From Paramecium tetraurelia (lineage: Eukaryota), in the NCBI GenBank assembly GCA_000165425.1, contig CT868341.1:372001-436000 (forward strand): a stretch of 64,000 nucleotides of DNA, written 5' to 3'. A program made the position numbers and the translations under genes. This document shows positions 37,302 through 50,746 of the stretch, piece by piece. How positions within the stretch are numbered: position 1 is the stretch's first letter; each line of letters starts with the position of its first letter. The notes beneath the pieces were generated by a model. It was not told the origin of the DNA, searched no databases, and saw only the letters and a list, made by a program, of their open reading frames with translations.

Positions 37302-40300
37302 TCACTCTTCATCTGAATCAGTTTAATTAATGGAATTATTGTTACCCTCTTCCGTATCATTGTCGTGGTCGGATTAATGTTCTATTGCCATCTCCTGATT
37401 ATTTTATCCTAGCAATGTCACATATATAGAGAATACCTGGGATTTTATTGTTGGATGACAATGTATTAAAAGGAGCGAGTCTTTCACAATCTAATTCTAT
37501 ATCGATGTTTTGAGGGGCCATTTTTCCACTGAAAGTAAGATGAACATAATCCCCCATCACTTTACTCACAGTGGCAGTAATCCATGAATTTTAATCACTA
37601 AAGGATATACTTAATAGAATTACTAGTAATCTATTTTATCGTCGACTTTAACAATTTTGTCTGCTAAATCATCGTCACTATCAAAATCTTCATTCTATTT
37701 AAATGGTTCCTTGGCCAGATTCAAGAATTGCAATTTCTTCCAATTCAAGAACTTGGCATAGGCTTAGAATGTAATAGGCAAATAAATGTTATGCAATCTG
37801 TGATTACACTTTTGTGAATTAGAATTATTTGATATCAGTTTCTCATTTGGATTTGATTAGGTATTGTTTGTTTCGATGATCCATTACCACAATCTTTGGT
37901 TCTTGACCATCCATTGATAGACTGCTTGATTTCTAAATACCATCTAAAAGTATGTGGATTATATGTACCCTCAGTATATATTATTAGCACACATCCGTCT
38001 CAAAGAAGTATTGCGATTACTTTTACATGACTTCCAATAATTTACTCATTCCTTAGTGAATCTAAAAAGAGATAATTATTATATGCTTACTCTCATTTAT
38101 TGTAGTGAATCCTTGACTGTGAATAATCGTTTCAAAACAACCAAATATTTTCTATACTCCTTGTACTCTTTATCGTTTATTTGTTTAATGATTGCTTAAA
38201 TGATCTATTCAGTCTATTTTTAATTGTCTTAGGATAGAATCGAAAGAATGTCAGATATCATCCTAATGGCCAGTTTGCAATCCCCTTCTTCCAAAAGCGC
38301 CATCAATATGGAATTGTCAAATTGTAATAGGTTTTATTCCTCCATACTCAAAGCATTCTTTCCTTGAGTTTTGAGCAAGAAGGCTATGAGTCTCCACATG
38401 TAGACTCTGCTTGAAGATGGACCAGAATTCATAGACTTTTCAAATTTCTTCTCCAGAAGTTCATCATAATAATTAGACGCTATATCTACATTTTAGATGT
38501 TTTGTTATCCCAAGAAACTATTTGGATCCTCGCTAAATTGTTTACACTTAAGATCATCCTGCTTTCTCACACTTTCCTTATAAGGAATGAACAATTTACT
38601 ATAGTTTATTTACATAGTGTCCATAAAAAGATCCAAGAGTTTCCCCACTATCTTTTTGGAAATCAAATACTGTGAATTCTATTCATTCAACCTTGCAAAT
38701 CTATAAAATAGATCATAATATTCAATTGAATTTTTGAGACTCCTCTTTAGATCTGGCAACACTCGAATCCACGAATTTATTAAAGAGGCAACCAAAGACG
38801 TTGGCTTATCATCCACTTACTCATCCAAAACCTTATATCCTTCTTTCTTTTGCACAGTTTCAATTGCTGTCACAACCAGAGAAATCACAAACTTCCTCAC
38901 CATTTTCTTAGAGCAATCAAATTGGAATTCTCTGATATAATGATATTGATTGAAACATTTCAATAGCCATTCACATGTATTCGGAGCTCTTCTTAGAAGT
39001 TCCTAAATATCCAAAATGTTATTTTAAATAAATGTTTTATCATTCTCTCTTACTGCACAAGTCAAGTAAAAGAACACTAAGGTCTTAACGATCTGTTCTG
39101 AAACTTCATTGGATTGCAGTTCAAATTTTATCAAGTTCTGAATGAAGATGAAATATTCAGGACTGAATATGAATCTCTGAATCTAAAATTTCCTATTTTC
39201 AACCTTGATCTCATCTAAGAATTGAGAAGTTTTCTAATCGAATTCAATATCCATCAATTCTTCCTTACCATTTAAAGGCTTAACTCGTTCATAAAACAGC
39301 ATGTAAGCACTCTTCTACTTATCCTTAAATTAGTTGGGATATTTAGTTTTCAGCAATCTATCAACACCTCCAAAACCATCATTTTTGACATCCTTGACAT
39401 CTGCAGATGATACGAATATATCATTAAATTCATACCATTTATTGAAATCACATCTATCCTATATGAATGAATAATAATGCCCAGAGTCAGCTGAACCAAT
39501 ATGAATGACTACTCCTGTCAATCTATATTGATAGTACTCTGATGGGTTATCCTATCCATTTTCTGGATTCGCTCTGTTCTCCTATTGTCTTAATCCTTAT
39601 TGCGAATAAGGTAAAAGATCCAATTCAAATGGGAACTCTATTCTTTCGTTTATTTTGGCTTTTGCCATCAAATCAAAGTCGAAATTAAATCTCTTCAAAA
39701 CTAAGATAAGATGGTCAGGTAACTTTTTAATACAAGTTCTCTTTAAGGCACTCACCTTCTTGTTGCATTGTTCACAACTATAAGCATTTTCACCTTCTAG
39801 CAAATCACCTTGAACCAATGTTTATAAGCACTCTTCCAAGTTCTTTTTATTAGCCACTGGCAAAAGAAATAGCGAAGAATGGTTCCTCTCTTTCTGAATA
39901 GTGAGGACAAGTCTTGCCTATAATTTCATTAGATATCACTCCACCAAAGTTTCTTTTAACTAAATCTTCATCAGAAGTTGACTTGATGTTTAACTCTATT
40001 CTATCCATCAAAAGATTACAAAATTCATCAACATCCATCTATTCAAAAATATTTGTTGGATTTCCATCAAAATCTTTAAAAGCATGACAGAATTTCTTTG
40101 GGTTGTGATATTGTTTTTGCGAATGTTTAAGGGCCAAAAACAAACACTTCAATTAATGTAATAAATTCTCTTCTTATGCGCATGTACTTTTGTCCTCAAT
40201 TTACAGTAATTTTTCTCTAAATGCTGGAACCATGTATAACTATTAAAGCAAGGAATTCATATAGCAAATGCACCCTAAATTATATAGGCCAACATAACCA

Positions 40301-43300
40301 GTTGATGATTTCTCATGAAATCTACTTTGAATATTCCAATCATTGAAGTTCTTTGTTCTCCAAGTATGAGTATAATGCAGAGGAGATACTTCATTGAGGA
40401 ATTTCTGCATATTTTGAGGAGACTTTAACAAAAGTAAAGAAACAATTGAACCCAGCTGTCCTGGATTACTGTGATTTGCATTTACATCTGGTCTCTCCTT
40501 CATTTTCAAATAAATAACTTAATATTTATTCGAATAATCCTTAGTGAATTGATAACTATTGGATTCTATCTATTAAAACATTTAACAATTTCAATAAACC
40601 AATCAAGATTTGATCTTAATCCTTCACTGTATTTTCATTAAAGGGTAACTCTTCCAATTTCTATCTAATGTAGACCAAGAGTTCCTCAAAATTTAATTTC
40701 TATATAGCCAAGTTTTGTTCTTGCTGTATTAAATTACAACAGAATTCGAAAAAATGATCACATTTTTATTTGTTATTTTATATCACATCCTTCAAAACAT
40801 CTTCTAGAACAATTTTAATTAGCAATTTGCTTTCAGGAGTGTTTTTTAGGTTTAATAATTATAAACTATATTCCTTCTTTAGTTCATGATTTTCATGTTC
40901 AACAAAGAAAGCATAGAGTTATTAATTTAATTCAGAATTTTTGATGTATTATTTGCATCCATCTTAATCCAAATACTAAAAGCATTTTCTAAGAAGACGG
41001 AACTCTACCTCATTCATTTCCTTTTATTATGCAGATTTCTTTTATCCAGCTTCTAACTTCTTTTTGGTTTTAACATAGAGACTAAATTGTTGAATGCTTT
41101 CGATTATCTTTGACTTAATCTATTCAATAAATTAAGCCTCTTTAATTCTGATTCGATGATGACTTAAAATTTCTAAATAAGCCAGAAAGCACTTGATTTC
41201 AAGAGGACGCTATGAAAACTAGAACGACTGCCCAAAAAATCTTTCAGTAATCAAATCAACACCATCACTATTATTAAATTATTCACACCATTATTCATTT
41301 TCTAATAATGTTTAGATGATTTATAATACATAAAACATATCAAAAAATTGATGGTCTAAGTATTATTTCCAATCCTTACAATTCTCTACTTACCTTTTTT
41401 TCATAATGTTGATAGGCAACCTATTAATTAAATCCCAAACTTAACTTAAGAATTCGATGCTCTCTTATTTATCGAGCAATTTAAATAAAATCTCGAAAGT
41501 ACGTTATTCTTAAGAAAGGTAATTTTTAGGATGGTTCTTATTGTTGATCTTCACTTTCACAGTTGCTAACTAATAGAAGGCTTAACTAACAAAAGTTTCA
41601 ACCACATCAAATTATTACTCAATAGGCTTATTCTCTATAGTAATATCTAATTGTAAATATGCAACCTCTAAGTCTTCAGCCAACTTTTATTTCCATTGAT
41701 TGATTGTAGTATTGTCACCTTCTTTGAATTCCATGTACTTAATCACATTATTTTGTAACTAAATTTACACTTTGAATTGAGTAGAATTAATTGGTTTAGC
41801 AGACTTCTTAGATGGAGGCCCACTCTAAAAGTAGTTGAACAATTGCAATAAAAGATTGATCGATCTGGTGGTCAAACTCGGACATTGCTATTGAATCAAA
41901 TCTAAGCATTTGTCCATCATTTCCTAATAGATTGCATCGCACTATTAATCAAGGTTTGAATTCAGCTAGGTATACAGATTGATTATGAAATAGGAGATTT
42001 GTTCTAATAATAACTAATCCTTCACTTAAGCAAAGATATTCCAAATTGCCTATTTCCCCTCAAAATTATGATCATTAACTAAAAACCATATATAGGTTAT
42101 TAAAATATTTTAATGTTTGATGAGACTGATTATATTGCTTAAAGAACACCTGGAACAACTCAAAATCCTCAATGGTGTAACTAAATATATATGAGAATGA
42201 TTTACTTTTCGTAATCATTTCTGTCTGGATTGCATAAGACATATATTGAAGAATTTCTATTCACCCTCTTTATCGAAGTAGATTGGGCAAATTCTAAATT
42301 AATTTGTATCCATTTAGTAATTAGTTATTAGAATCTTATTCAATTCCTTCTTTTAGATGCCGCCTTTAGTTTTGGAAGATAAAGTATCCCAAAGTCTTAC
42401 ACTTTATTCATAAGTAATCTTAAGGTGATTTTATTAAAGTAGATAGTTTAACATTTATAATCTAAAGAAGACATTTTAGCTCAACTTTTGGACTCCATAA
42501 AGGATGATGTCTTGGGGAATATCATTTTTAAAGTATTATCTCACCTTTTCCATGTAGACTTCTATATCTTATACGAAGAGTTCAATAATATTATACTTAT
42601 CATCAGTGGATTGAATGAGTTCTCTTTTGCCATTGAAATCATCTTTGAATTATTTATCGAGGAAGTAATGTACAAAACTAATGGCCTAATAAACTGATTT
42701 ATGGCTACCAATCAATTCAAAACACTTGCCAAAATAGCAAGAAATGAATTGTTTAGTCTAGGGAATTTAAGAGATGATATTTCTGGCTGCTTAAAAACAC
42801 TGCTCTTGAATAACACTATTTGTTAATTGATCATCCCTATCTTGTAATAACTCCCAGAGCTGATTAAAAGTCATAAATCTCTTCTCTGGGCTCAGTGACA
42901 ATTGTTGTTCATGAAACCTTTAAGATAATGCAGATTCAGTGAATGTTTTGATCATGCTTACAATATTTTCATTATATTTAGAGTAGGGAATAGCAGATAT
43001 ATGATTGTATAGTTTTTCGATCCCTTGAAAGCTCAAATATGGAGAAACAGTCTTGAAGAATTCGTACAATGCTAATTGCGTAGTTTCATGTTTATCATAA
43101 TTATTGGTCCATATTTTATCAATGTAATCTACTTCAAATGCTTAATTTCGACATAAAAAAACTGCCACATCACTTGATCTTTTAATCAATTCTGGATGCA
43201 CTGAGTCTCCCAGCAATGTTTAATCTAGAATTTTATTTTATTAAATCCACTTGATTAAATCATCCTTACTGATTGAACTCCTGAATTTTAAGTTAGTTTA

Positions 43301-44669
43301 CTAATCAAATTTTAGCTTCTCTGTGAAATCTTTAATCTCACTTATGCCTTTCACTCTCTTTTCCAAAAAGGAGGATTTCAAAAATTTAAGAGACAACTAT
43401 AATTAAATCTCATCAGTCAATCTATTTAATTGATCTTCTGTGAAACCCTTTTGAAAATAGTATTAATGATCTGAAGTGAGGTCTTTGACTTAATCAATGT
43501 CTGTGTCTTTTATATCTTAAACAGACATGTTATTGACCCTATTTTATAGCCATTCAAATGTCCTTTTAGCCATTTAAGCCTATTCAGACGATTGGAAATA
43601 TTAGGACAAATATTTTTATGTTAGTACAATTCTTTGCATGGCTTTAAGAGGAATATAATTATATTCAGCATTGTCCTAGAATTTTAACAATCCTTCCCAT
43701 GCTTGAAGTCCTCCTATTTATTTGAAGTATGACATAGTTCTCAAATAAAAAGGCCAAGTCTTCTTGATACATTTCACTATATCTGTTGCTCCTTGGTAGA
43801 GATTCCAGTCATCAATGTTGTGATTGGTAGTAAAATTCTAAAAGTTTGGTGCAGGAAAGACTTTTTCCAATTACGATTACAGATTGTCATAGTTTAGCTT
43901 AAATTTAATTTGAATAGGAGTACATAGAAGAAGGAGTTTTCTTGCTTCAACACTCTCCAAATGGAACCAAAGAGCATGCAGAAGGCTTCGCACACTTCGG
44001 TAAGACAAGCTGCTATAGAGGCTCGTTCATCAAGGATGTATAATTCTTAGTTGTTTTGGAGTCTCATATACTGAGTTAGTGAGAATATTAGCTTACATCT
44101 GCAAAGTACTTAGGGAACTGCTCGAAATACCACTTAATGAAGTTGAAATAAGTTTTAATGTATTCCAATGGTGTAGCCAATTCTTTTGATGGAAATTCGC
44201 TAGAGAGCACCATGTCCAACCAAATAAATTGTCTCACACGGACAGATAAGCATATTTCGATTGGCGAGAGACCTTGAAAATTATTTTACATGATGGAATT
44301 TAGTTCCTTGATGTATTTGTCGCATTCGTCTCTTGAATATTTTAGGTAATCACGTGAAGTCTTGCTTTATCGGAAATCATCTCCAGTGTAGTCTTTATGT
44401 AGATAATAACTTACTTATGGTGAACCTTCGAGCAAAATTGATCTTATTTTGTGATAACTTGATTATCTATTATACTTAGGGGACACACATCATACCTCAT
44501 TATCCTTCCTAGATATGCCATCATATGTGATCTCAATTTCTTTTTCACTTTTCGACAAAATGTACGCCAACTTATGTTATTTGCTTCCTTGATGGAAAAC
44601 ATCAATGTAATTCCCGACAAACAACTGTTCATTCAATTCGGGTTTCTTTTTACTCTTCTTCACGTCCAT
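37302..44669 (-). CDS. Large ubiquitin-specific protease (peptidase C19, USP9/USP24/USP34-like); two apparent +1 frameshifts in this sequence
   Basis: Cys box GYVGLYNLGCICYMNSLLQQLY, QMDVDEF, GDLLEGENAYSCEQC, LPDHLILVLKRFNFD, His box YRLTGVVIHIGSADSGHYYSFI, WYEFND, SAYMLFYER; N-terminal helical region with LEKRVKGISEI. Confidence 0.9.
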
Positions 44670-44961
44670 ATTTTTATTTAAATTAATATTTATGAAAACA
44701 CAATAGGATACCACCATTTTTATTAATTCATATTTAATACATCATGTTCTGTGTTTTGCTTTCCACCCCTTAAAAGCATGTTTTATTATTTTAAATAAAA
44801 ACCCAAAGTGTGGCTACCCCCTTTTGCTATATAAATATATAATTTTATAATAAGAGATTATTATATTTGCTTTGTCCATTGATTTAGTTTGCTAAACTAG
44901 ACAGAAATAACAATTAAAAGTTTTTGTTCAATTTAATCTGTAAATTTAATAATATTTAATT

Positions 44962-46553
44962 ATGAATATTGATTTTTCAAGAATTCTCAATCTAGTAAAT
45001 GAAATACCTATTCACGTTTTTAAACAGTGCTGCTTAACCAAATTACCAGAGCAACAGATCGATGAAATCAATAAAACCATCCCCATTCTGAAATCGCAAT
45101 TAACTATCTATTCTAGTATTTAGGAAAGCTTCCTCAACATTACTGTACTGCTCATACCCAATTTACTTGTGATTGCTGATCAATACCTGGTACTGTCAAA
45201 TTGCAAGATTACAAAATTGAAACAATGTTACAAATTTGATGCTTACGGTATATAACTATCAAGTTCAACAGGACATCTCCTGATGTTCTTCAACAACAAA
45301 TCGCAATATTTGGAATGGATGCCCAAATTGAAATGCTTTTGTAAGTTATCCAATTTCTCAAACAAGTTTAACCTCTTGGAACAGATCATCAAAGATTATT
45401 ATATTATCCAGCACAAAAAAACCAAAAAGTATTACACATCATACGTTCACTCAATACGGGCTACATCACCAGTCGATATTTTGCATAGCGAAATTCAAGC
45501 ATTGAGGAGCATCAAACATCCGTCTCTCTTAGATTTGAAATGGGTATACGACGACAATCATTACATCTACTTGATTTTCGAATACTTCAGATGCGAGAAA
45601 CTCTTGGATCTCCTCAATTAAGGCTTGATTTTGGATCAAACACAATTAGCATCTGTAATTTAGCCTTACTTAATTTTAGATCATCTTGCAATTGCTGTAA
45701 TCTCTCAAATTCTTAAGAAAGAATAACATCTATCACGGCAACATCACTCCCAACAACATCCTCATCAACACTCAATCTTCCTTTCTTCAACTCTTCCTGG
45801 TCAACATGACATTCATCAGTCGTATTGACTCTGAACCTCTGGATCAATATCTATCGAATGTCCATGAGAGTTACATAGCCCCTGAGATTTCATAAGGGAT
45901 TGCCAAACCATCGATAGACAGCGATTTGTACTAAATAGGAATTGTATTGTATTTTTTGACATTTTTTGTTCATCAAAAAAGGAAGGATGAAAGAGTGGAT
46001 CGGATTTAAATGGAATTAATTGATAAAGCAGAAGAACACCTATCATAACTTAATAAGAATACTTAATGTAATAACGTTTTAATTAAAGATAAGTATCAAA
46101 TGGTGTATTGTGCTTCTCAATTGGACTTATTGAGAAGACTACTCGATAAAAAAGAGAATAGAATAAAATTAGAAGAAGCAATCAAACATCATTGGTTCAT
46201 TAATATCAAATAGAAATTAAAACCCAAAATTGAAAGAAGGAAATAACATCTACCGTCACTAAAAACAATCATCGAATTATGCGAATAGAATGAATATTCT
46301 AAACACTTTGAAAAATAACAGAAAATAATAGACGAGGATTCTGGTAATCTATTGTTCCATATAATAATTAGTACTTGAAGAAAACAATTTCATCTAAGTG
46401 CTGATGCAATAATTGGAGCAGAACTAACAAACCAAAAGGCCATCAAAAGAGAATCATGAGAAATTGAGAATGTACGAGCAATTCAAGACCCAAATAGAAT
46501 GCGAAAAGACGGACCAAGAAAAATAATTTGTATTCTCCAAAAGTATGATGTGA
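44962..46553 (+). CDS. CAMK-like protein kinase fold with PH-like N-terminus, probable pseudokinase
   Basis: EIQALRSIKHPSLL, YIYLIFEY, IYHGNITPNNILI (HRD replaced by HGN), LVNMTF (no DFG), YIAPE, SDLYQIG, RIKLEEAIKHHWF; 3 introns. Confidence 0.82.
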
Positions 46554-46588
46554 TCAACAAATTATTAAGTTTTATACTATATAAAAAA

Positions 46589-47399
46589 TCACTATCTGTA
46601 AGTAGAAAAGTGCAGAGGATTCTATCCATACGGGACACTATAGTTTCTGACATAAGGTGCATAATGTTATGGCATATAGGGATAATGCATTTGTCTAATG
46701 ATATTCATCATTTAAATGATTACCTTGAGTTAAGTCTTTCATAATTGTACTGAGATTATCTCATTAAATCTGAAGCACTCTGATATTGACGATGAGGTTG
46801 GTATTGCTGGTAGAGAGAATTGTAATTCTCAGAAGGCTGTTAAACAAACTAACTTTAACGAAGATTGGTCTATGAGTGTTATCTCTCCTTCTACTTCACT
46901 GTTGAAGTCCTTAGGGAATTCGATCCCTACAATTTCTAATCATATTGCTTCAATTGTCTCATGAATCCAGGATTGGGATTTACAATTCGTCGCTGGTTCT
47001 GAACATGTTTAAATGCTTATTCCAACGACATATTTTAAGTTTTCATCAGATAAGCAATTACAATTGTTGCAGATCTTGAAACTCCTGCATGACAATGTAC
47101 TAATACATTTGTTTGCTATCGATTGATATCAATAAAATCAATAGCCTCCTCAAAAAACTTACTTAAATTTACAAAGTCAGCATCGTCGATTCTAATAAAC
47201 TATTCTATACATAAAAACTCCATACCTTATGAGCAATATGCGCATCATACGTGAAATCCTTTGTGCTCATCACAGCCAATATTGCACCAATGTCATGATG
47301 GCCTAATAGTTTCCCATTACCAGCACTCTCGATATTCCCTAAAAATAATCCTCCTCTCCCATTCTAACCCTAAATTATACAATTCATGGGGTCTATCAT
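46589..47399 (-). CDS. Dual-specificity protein phosphatase
   Basis: GLFLGNIESA, FFEEAIDFI, VLVHCHAGVSRSATIVIAYLM, VNPNPGFMRQL; Q/Y/P-rich tail; 2 introns. Confidence 0.93.
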
Positions 47400-47702
47400 A
47401 TTCGTGCACATTCAATACCTCCTAATTTTGGCATTAAATAAGTGTGGAACATTTGCAAACAGATAAATTAAAAATAATATTTAATTAACGAAGAACAATA
47501 TTAAATTTTTATATTCAAGATGTCCATTTTATCAATCTTCTGTGCTTCCATATTGGCAGTGCTCCTCCGACTGATTCTATTGCTCCCACTCCTTGAAGAA
47601 TATAAATATTCCTTTTTTATAATAGTTTTTAATTCAACTTTTAATTATTATTAAAATCCCAATTGCTTAATCAAATTCATTAATTTTCATAACAAATTTC
47701 AA

Positions 47703-49058
47703 ATGAGATCTAGATTCCTCCCAACAGGTGATAAAGTTGTCGTCCCAGATATCAGAAACACCGCAGAATATGGCAAATTATTTGAAGAAGAAATATTCCA
47801 ATCTAAAATAAGAGCTCAAAGAGAATATGAGATGAAACTTTAGGAGTTCTTAGATCAAGTTAAAGTTGTCGATGATTATGTCTTTAAAATCTTAGATATC
47901 ATTTCATCATCCCTATAGAATTCCTAAACACCAGATCCCTCCTTGCTTAGTGAATTAAAGAAATTGAGATTATCACTTAAATTTGATGATCATTACAAGG
48001 AGAGCATTGAACCACTTAATGAAGCTTTGCTTTGGATTAAAGCTTCTCAGCATCTCTTCTCAGTTATCAATCAAATTAATCTTCTGAGAAACATTATTTG
48101 TGCTCCCTTATCTTAGGACTATATTAGAAGAATGAAAAACTTTTCAGAAGACTTCGAATTACTGCTTAAAGAACATAAATCTATAGAGGTCAAGTCTCCA
48201 TTTAGTTTTAAACAATAAAAATAACCATATTTAGAATCTGCTTAATTATTTGATGAACTATTGCTAAGAACTCTTAAAGCCATGAAACTTATTCAATAAT
48301 ATTCTACCTACAGTATGCAAATAGCTGCTTATTATACTGAATTTTAATATCACATTAATGGTTCGATAAAAGTGAACTAAGAATACATGGAACTAATTCA
48401 CAGTTTAGTTTTATTTTATTAAAATGAATCATCCCAATTTACTCCTTTATAGAAGGCTTTGGAAGGAATCCCAAATAACGGGATATTCCATGAGCAATTA
48501 GAGAATGTAAAGAATCTGTTGCACAATTATAGAAAATAGTTGAACTTAGAGGATTTTAAAGAATTAGATCTGATATTCTAAAAATATTTAAAATAATAGC
48601 AACCTATCTTTTCTCTTGAATAATTGAGAATTGATTTATTTTTTATTTTAAATGATGAGGAAGACTTTATAACAGTGATGAAAAGCTTTAAAAGGGTTTG
48701 CTCTTAATCTATCTTAGATTTAGATTCTTATGATGACTTATTAAAAGAATTGATTAATTTTACATCTACAAAAAGAGACAATAAAATTGCTTAACTAGAA
48801 GATAGTTTTGTTATAGTATCATTTGTCTAAAACGATAAAAAGGATTGGTAATAATTTTTGAAATTATGCATAACTAAGTTAGGTGTGTTTTTAAAAGATG
48901 CAGAAAAAAATCAAGTTGAGAGTCCTTAACACTATTTAAATGACTTTAAACATTCCTCTAATTAATTAAGACCTTAAAAAAATACTAGTAGTAATTCCAA
49001 TTTATTGTAACTCTATGATAAAATTATTGAACTATTTGAAATTAATTTAAACAAGTGA
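47703..49058 (+). CDS. Hypothetical alpha-helical protein (about 450 aa; may start at 47520)
   Basis: Open frame MRSRFLPTGDKVVVPDIRNTAEYGKLFEEE to INLNK-TGA. Confidence 0.68.
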
Positions 49059-49267
49059 TTTTATATTATTTATACCTTACCAGTTTATATATGTTCAATT
49101 GGAATGAATGATTGACTGTCAATTCAATCTTTGTTCTAACTGTTAACACTATTTTCTCTTGTGAAATTTTAATATATTATTATATTCTAAATTTTTACAT
49201 GTGTATGTTGCAATTTAATATAAATTAATATGAATTAATTCAATATGATATGATTTCATTAAAATAA

Positions 49268-50638
49268 ATGGGGAACAAATAATTTTAGGAATCTTTTTCA
49301 AAGTCAAAGTCGGATACCAGACCTCTAGATGTTAAGAAATGCATCAGTATTAGAAGAGATCCCATTACTGGAAAATTGATTGGGGTTCCAAAGGAATGGG
49401 CCACTCATCTTGATGCCGATGAACAATAAATTGTTGAGACAAATAAATTACCTGAAGAAGTGAGAACTCATAGATTGCCAGAGCGCGTTCTGGAAATCCA
49501 GAATTCCATAGAAAACCAAAAGAATTTGAAACAAGGATTGAAAATTGACAAAGGTGCAAATTTAGGTTTAGCCGGTCTTAATGTAGAGATGGAAAAAGAA
49601 ATATACAATAGTGGAGTGAGTAGGAATGAAATTGTAAAAGACACAGTAAGCTTCATCTCAATACTTGAAATATATGATGGGAAAGAATTAGCTTCAAAAT
49701 AAAACTCTAATGAGGTCATGACATAAACAGAGTTTTTGATTGAAAACCCTGCTCAAAAATATATATTTTATGAATAGATTGAAAGAGGGGTAAATTGTAA
49801 GCTTTATAAAATTATTGATAGACGACTAAATCAGGTTTTTGTTGCTAAAGTATTTAAATTTTATGATAATTTTAATTGCTATCGATTGAAAAGAGAAATA
49901 TCTTTTACTCGTCAATTAGAATGCCCATTTATTGTAAAGTATCATGAGACTTATCTTCATAGTGGATGCTTGTAAGATATAATAATATTATTAGTTTCAT
50001 CATATAAGAGCATATGAATTTTGGAAGTCTCAGAAAATTCATTAAACTCTTCGACAAGAAGATTGATGAATCCATAATTGGATATATACTCTATCAAATC
50101 TTGTTAGGATTAAAATATTTACATTTTAAAGGAAAGATCCACAAGCATCTAAGTTCTAAGAAAGTATTGATGAATGATAAAGGAGATATTAAATTGTTGA
50201 TTATGGATTACAAGAATGAATTCAAAAAAGACAAGGATCCTTATTGGATTGCCCCAGAAATAATAGAATAATAAATAATAGAAGATGTTTCAGATATTTG
50301 GTGTTTGGGAATCATAGCCTATGAGTTATCAGAGCGGAATCCTCCACACTTCGATGATCATCCCATAAGAGTTATGTACAACATTGTAAATTAGCCTGCC
50401 CCAAAGATTAGCAAAAATAGAAGTTGCAATTTTTAGGATTTCACTTCAAAATGCTTGATCAAAGTATTCATTCATATTATTTTAGAACTACAACAAAAGA
50501 ACGTCTTTAAGAGAATTGTTAAGACATGATTTTATAACTTAAAATAGGGAAAGAGGTCGATAAGGATTAATAGATTTATTTTAGAAGGTCAATTTAGATC
50601 AGAAATCAAAATTGAAAAAAAGCGCTAGTTTAAAATGA
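49268..50638 (+). CDS. STE20/PAK-like kinase with degenerate PBD/CRIB, probable pseudokinase
   Basis: RDPITGKLIGVPKEW (PBD C-half), FVAKV, CPFIVKYHETY, MNFGSL, IHKHLSSKKVL (no HRD), no DFG, PYWIAPE, SDIWCLGI, NPPHFDDHPIRVMY; 2 introns. Confidence 0.85.
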
Positions 50639-50746
50639 AATTATAGAATTCACATTGTTACTCAATTTTTTTATTTAATTATAAAAATAAGACTATTTTA
50701 TGCATATAAAATTGAAATTGCTCATAATATGATCAACCTTAATCAA

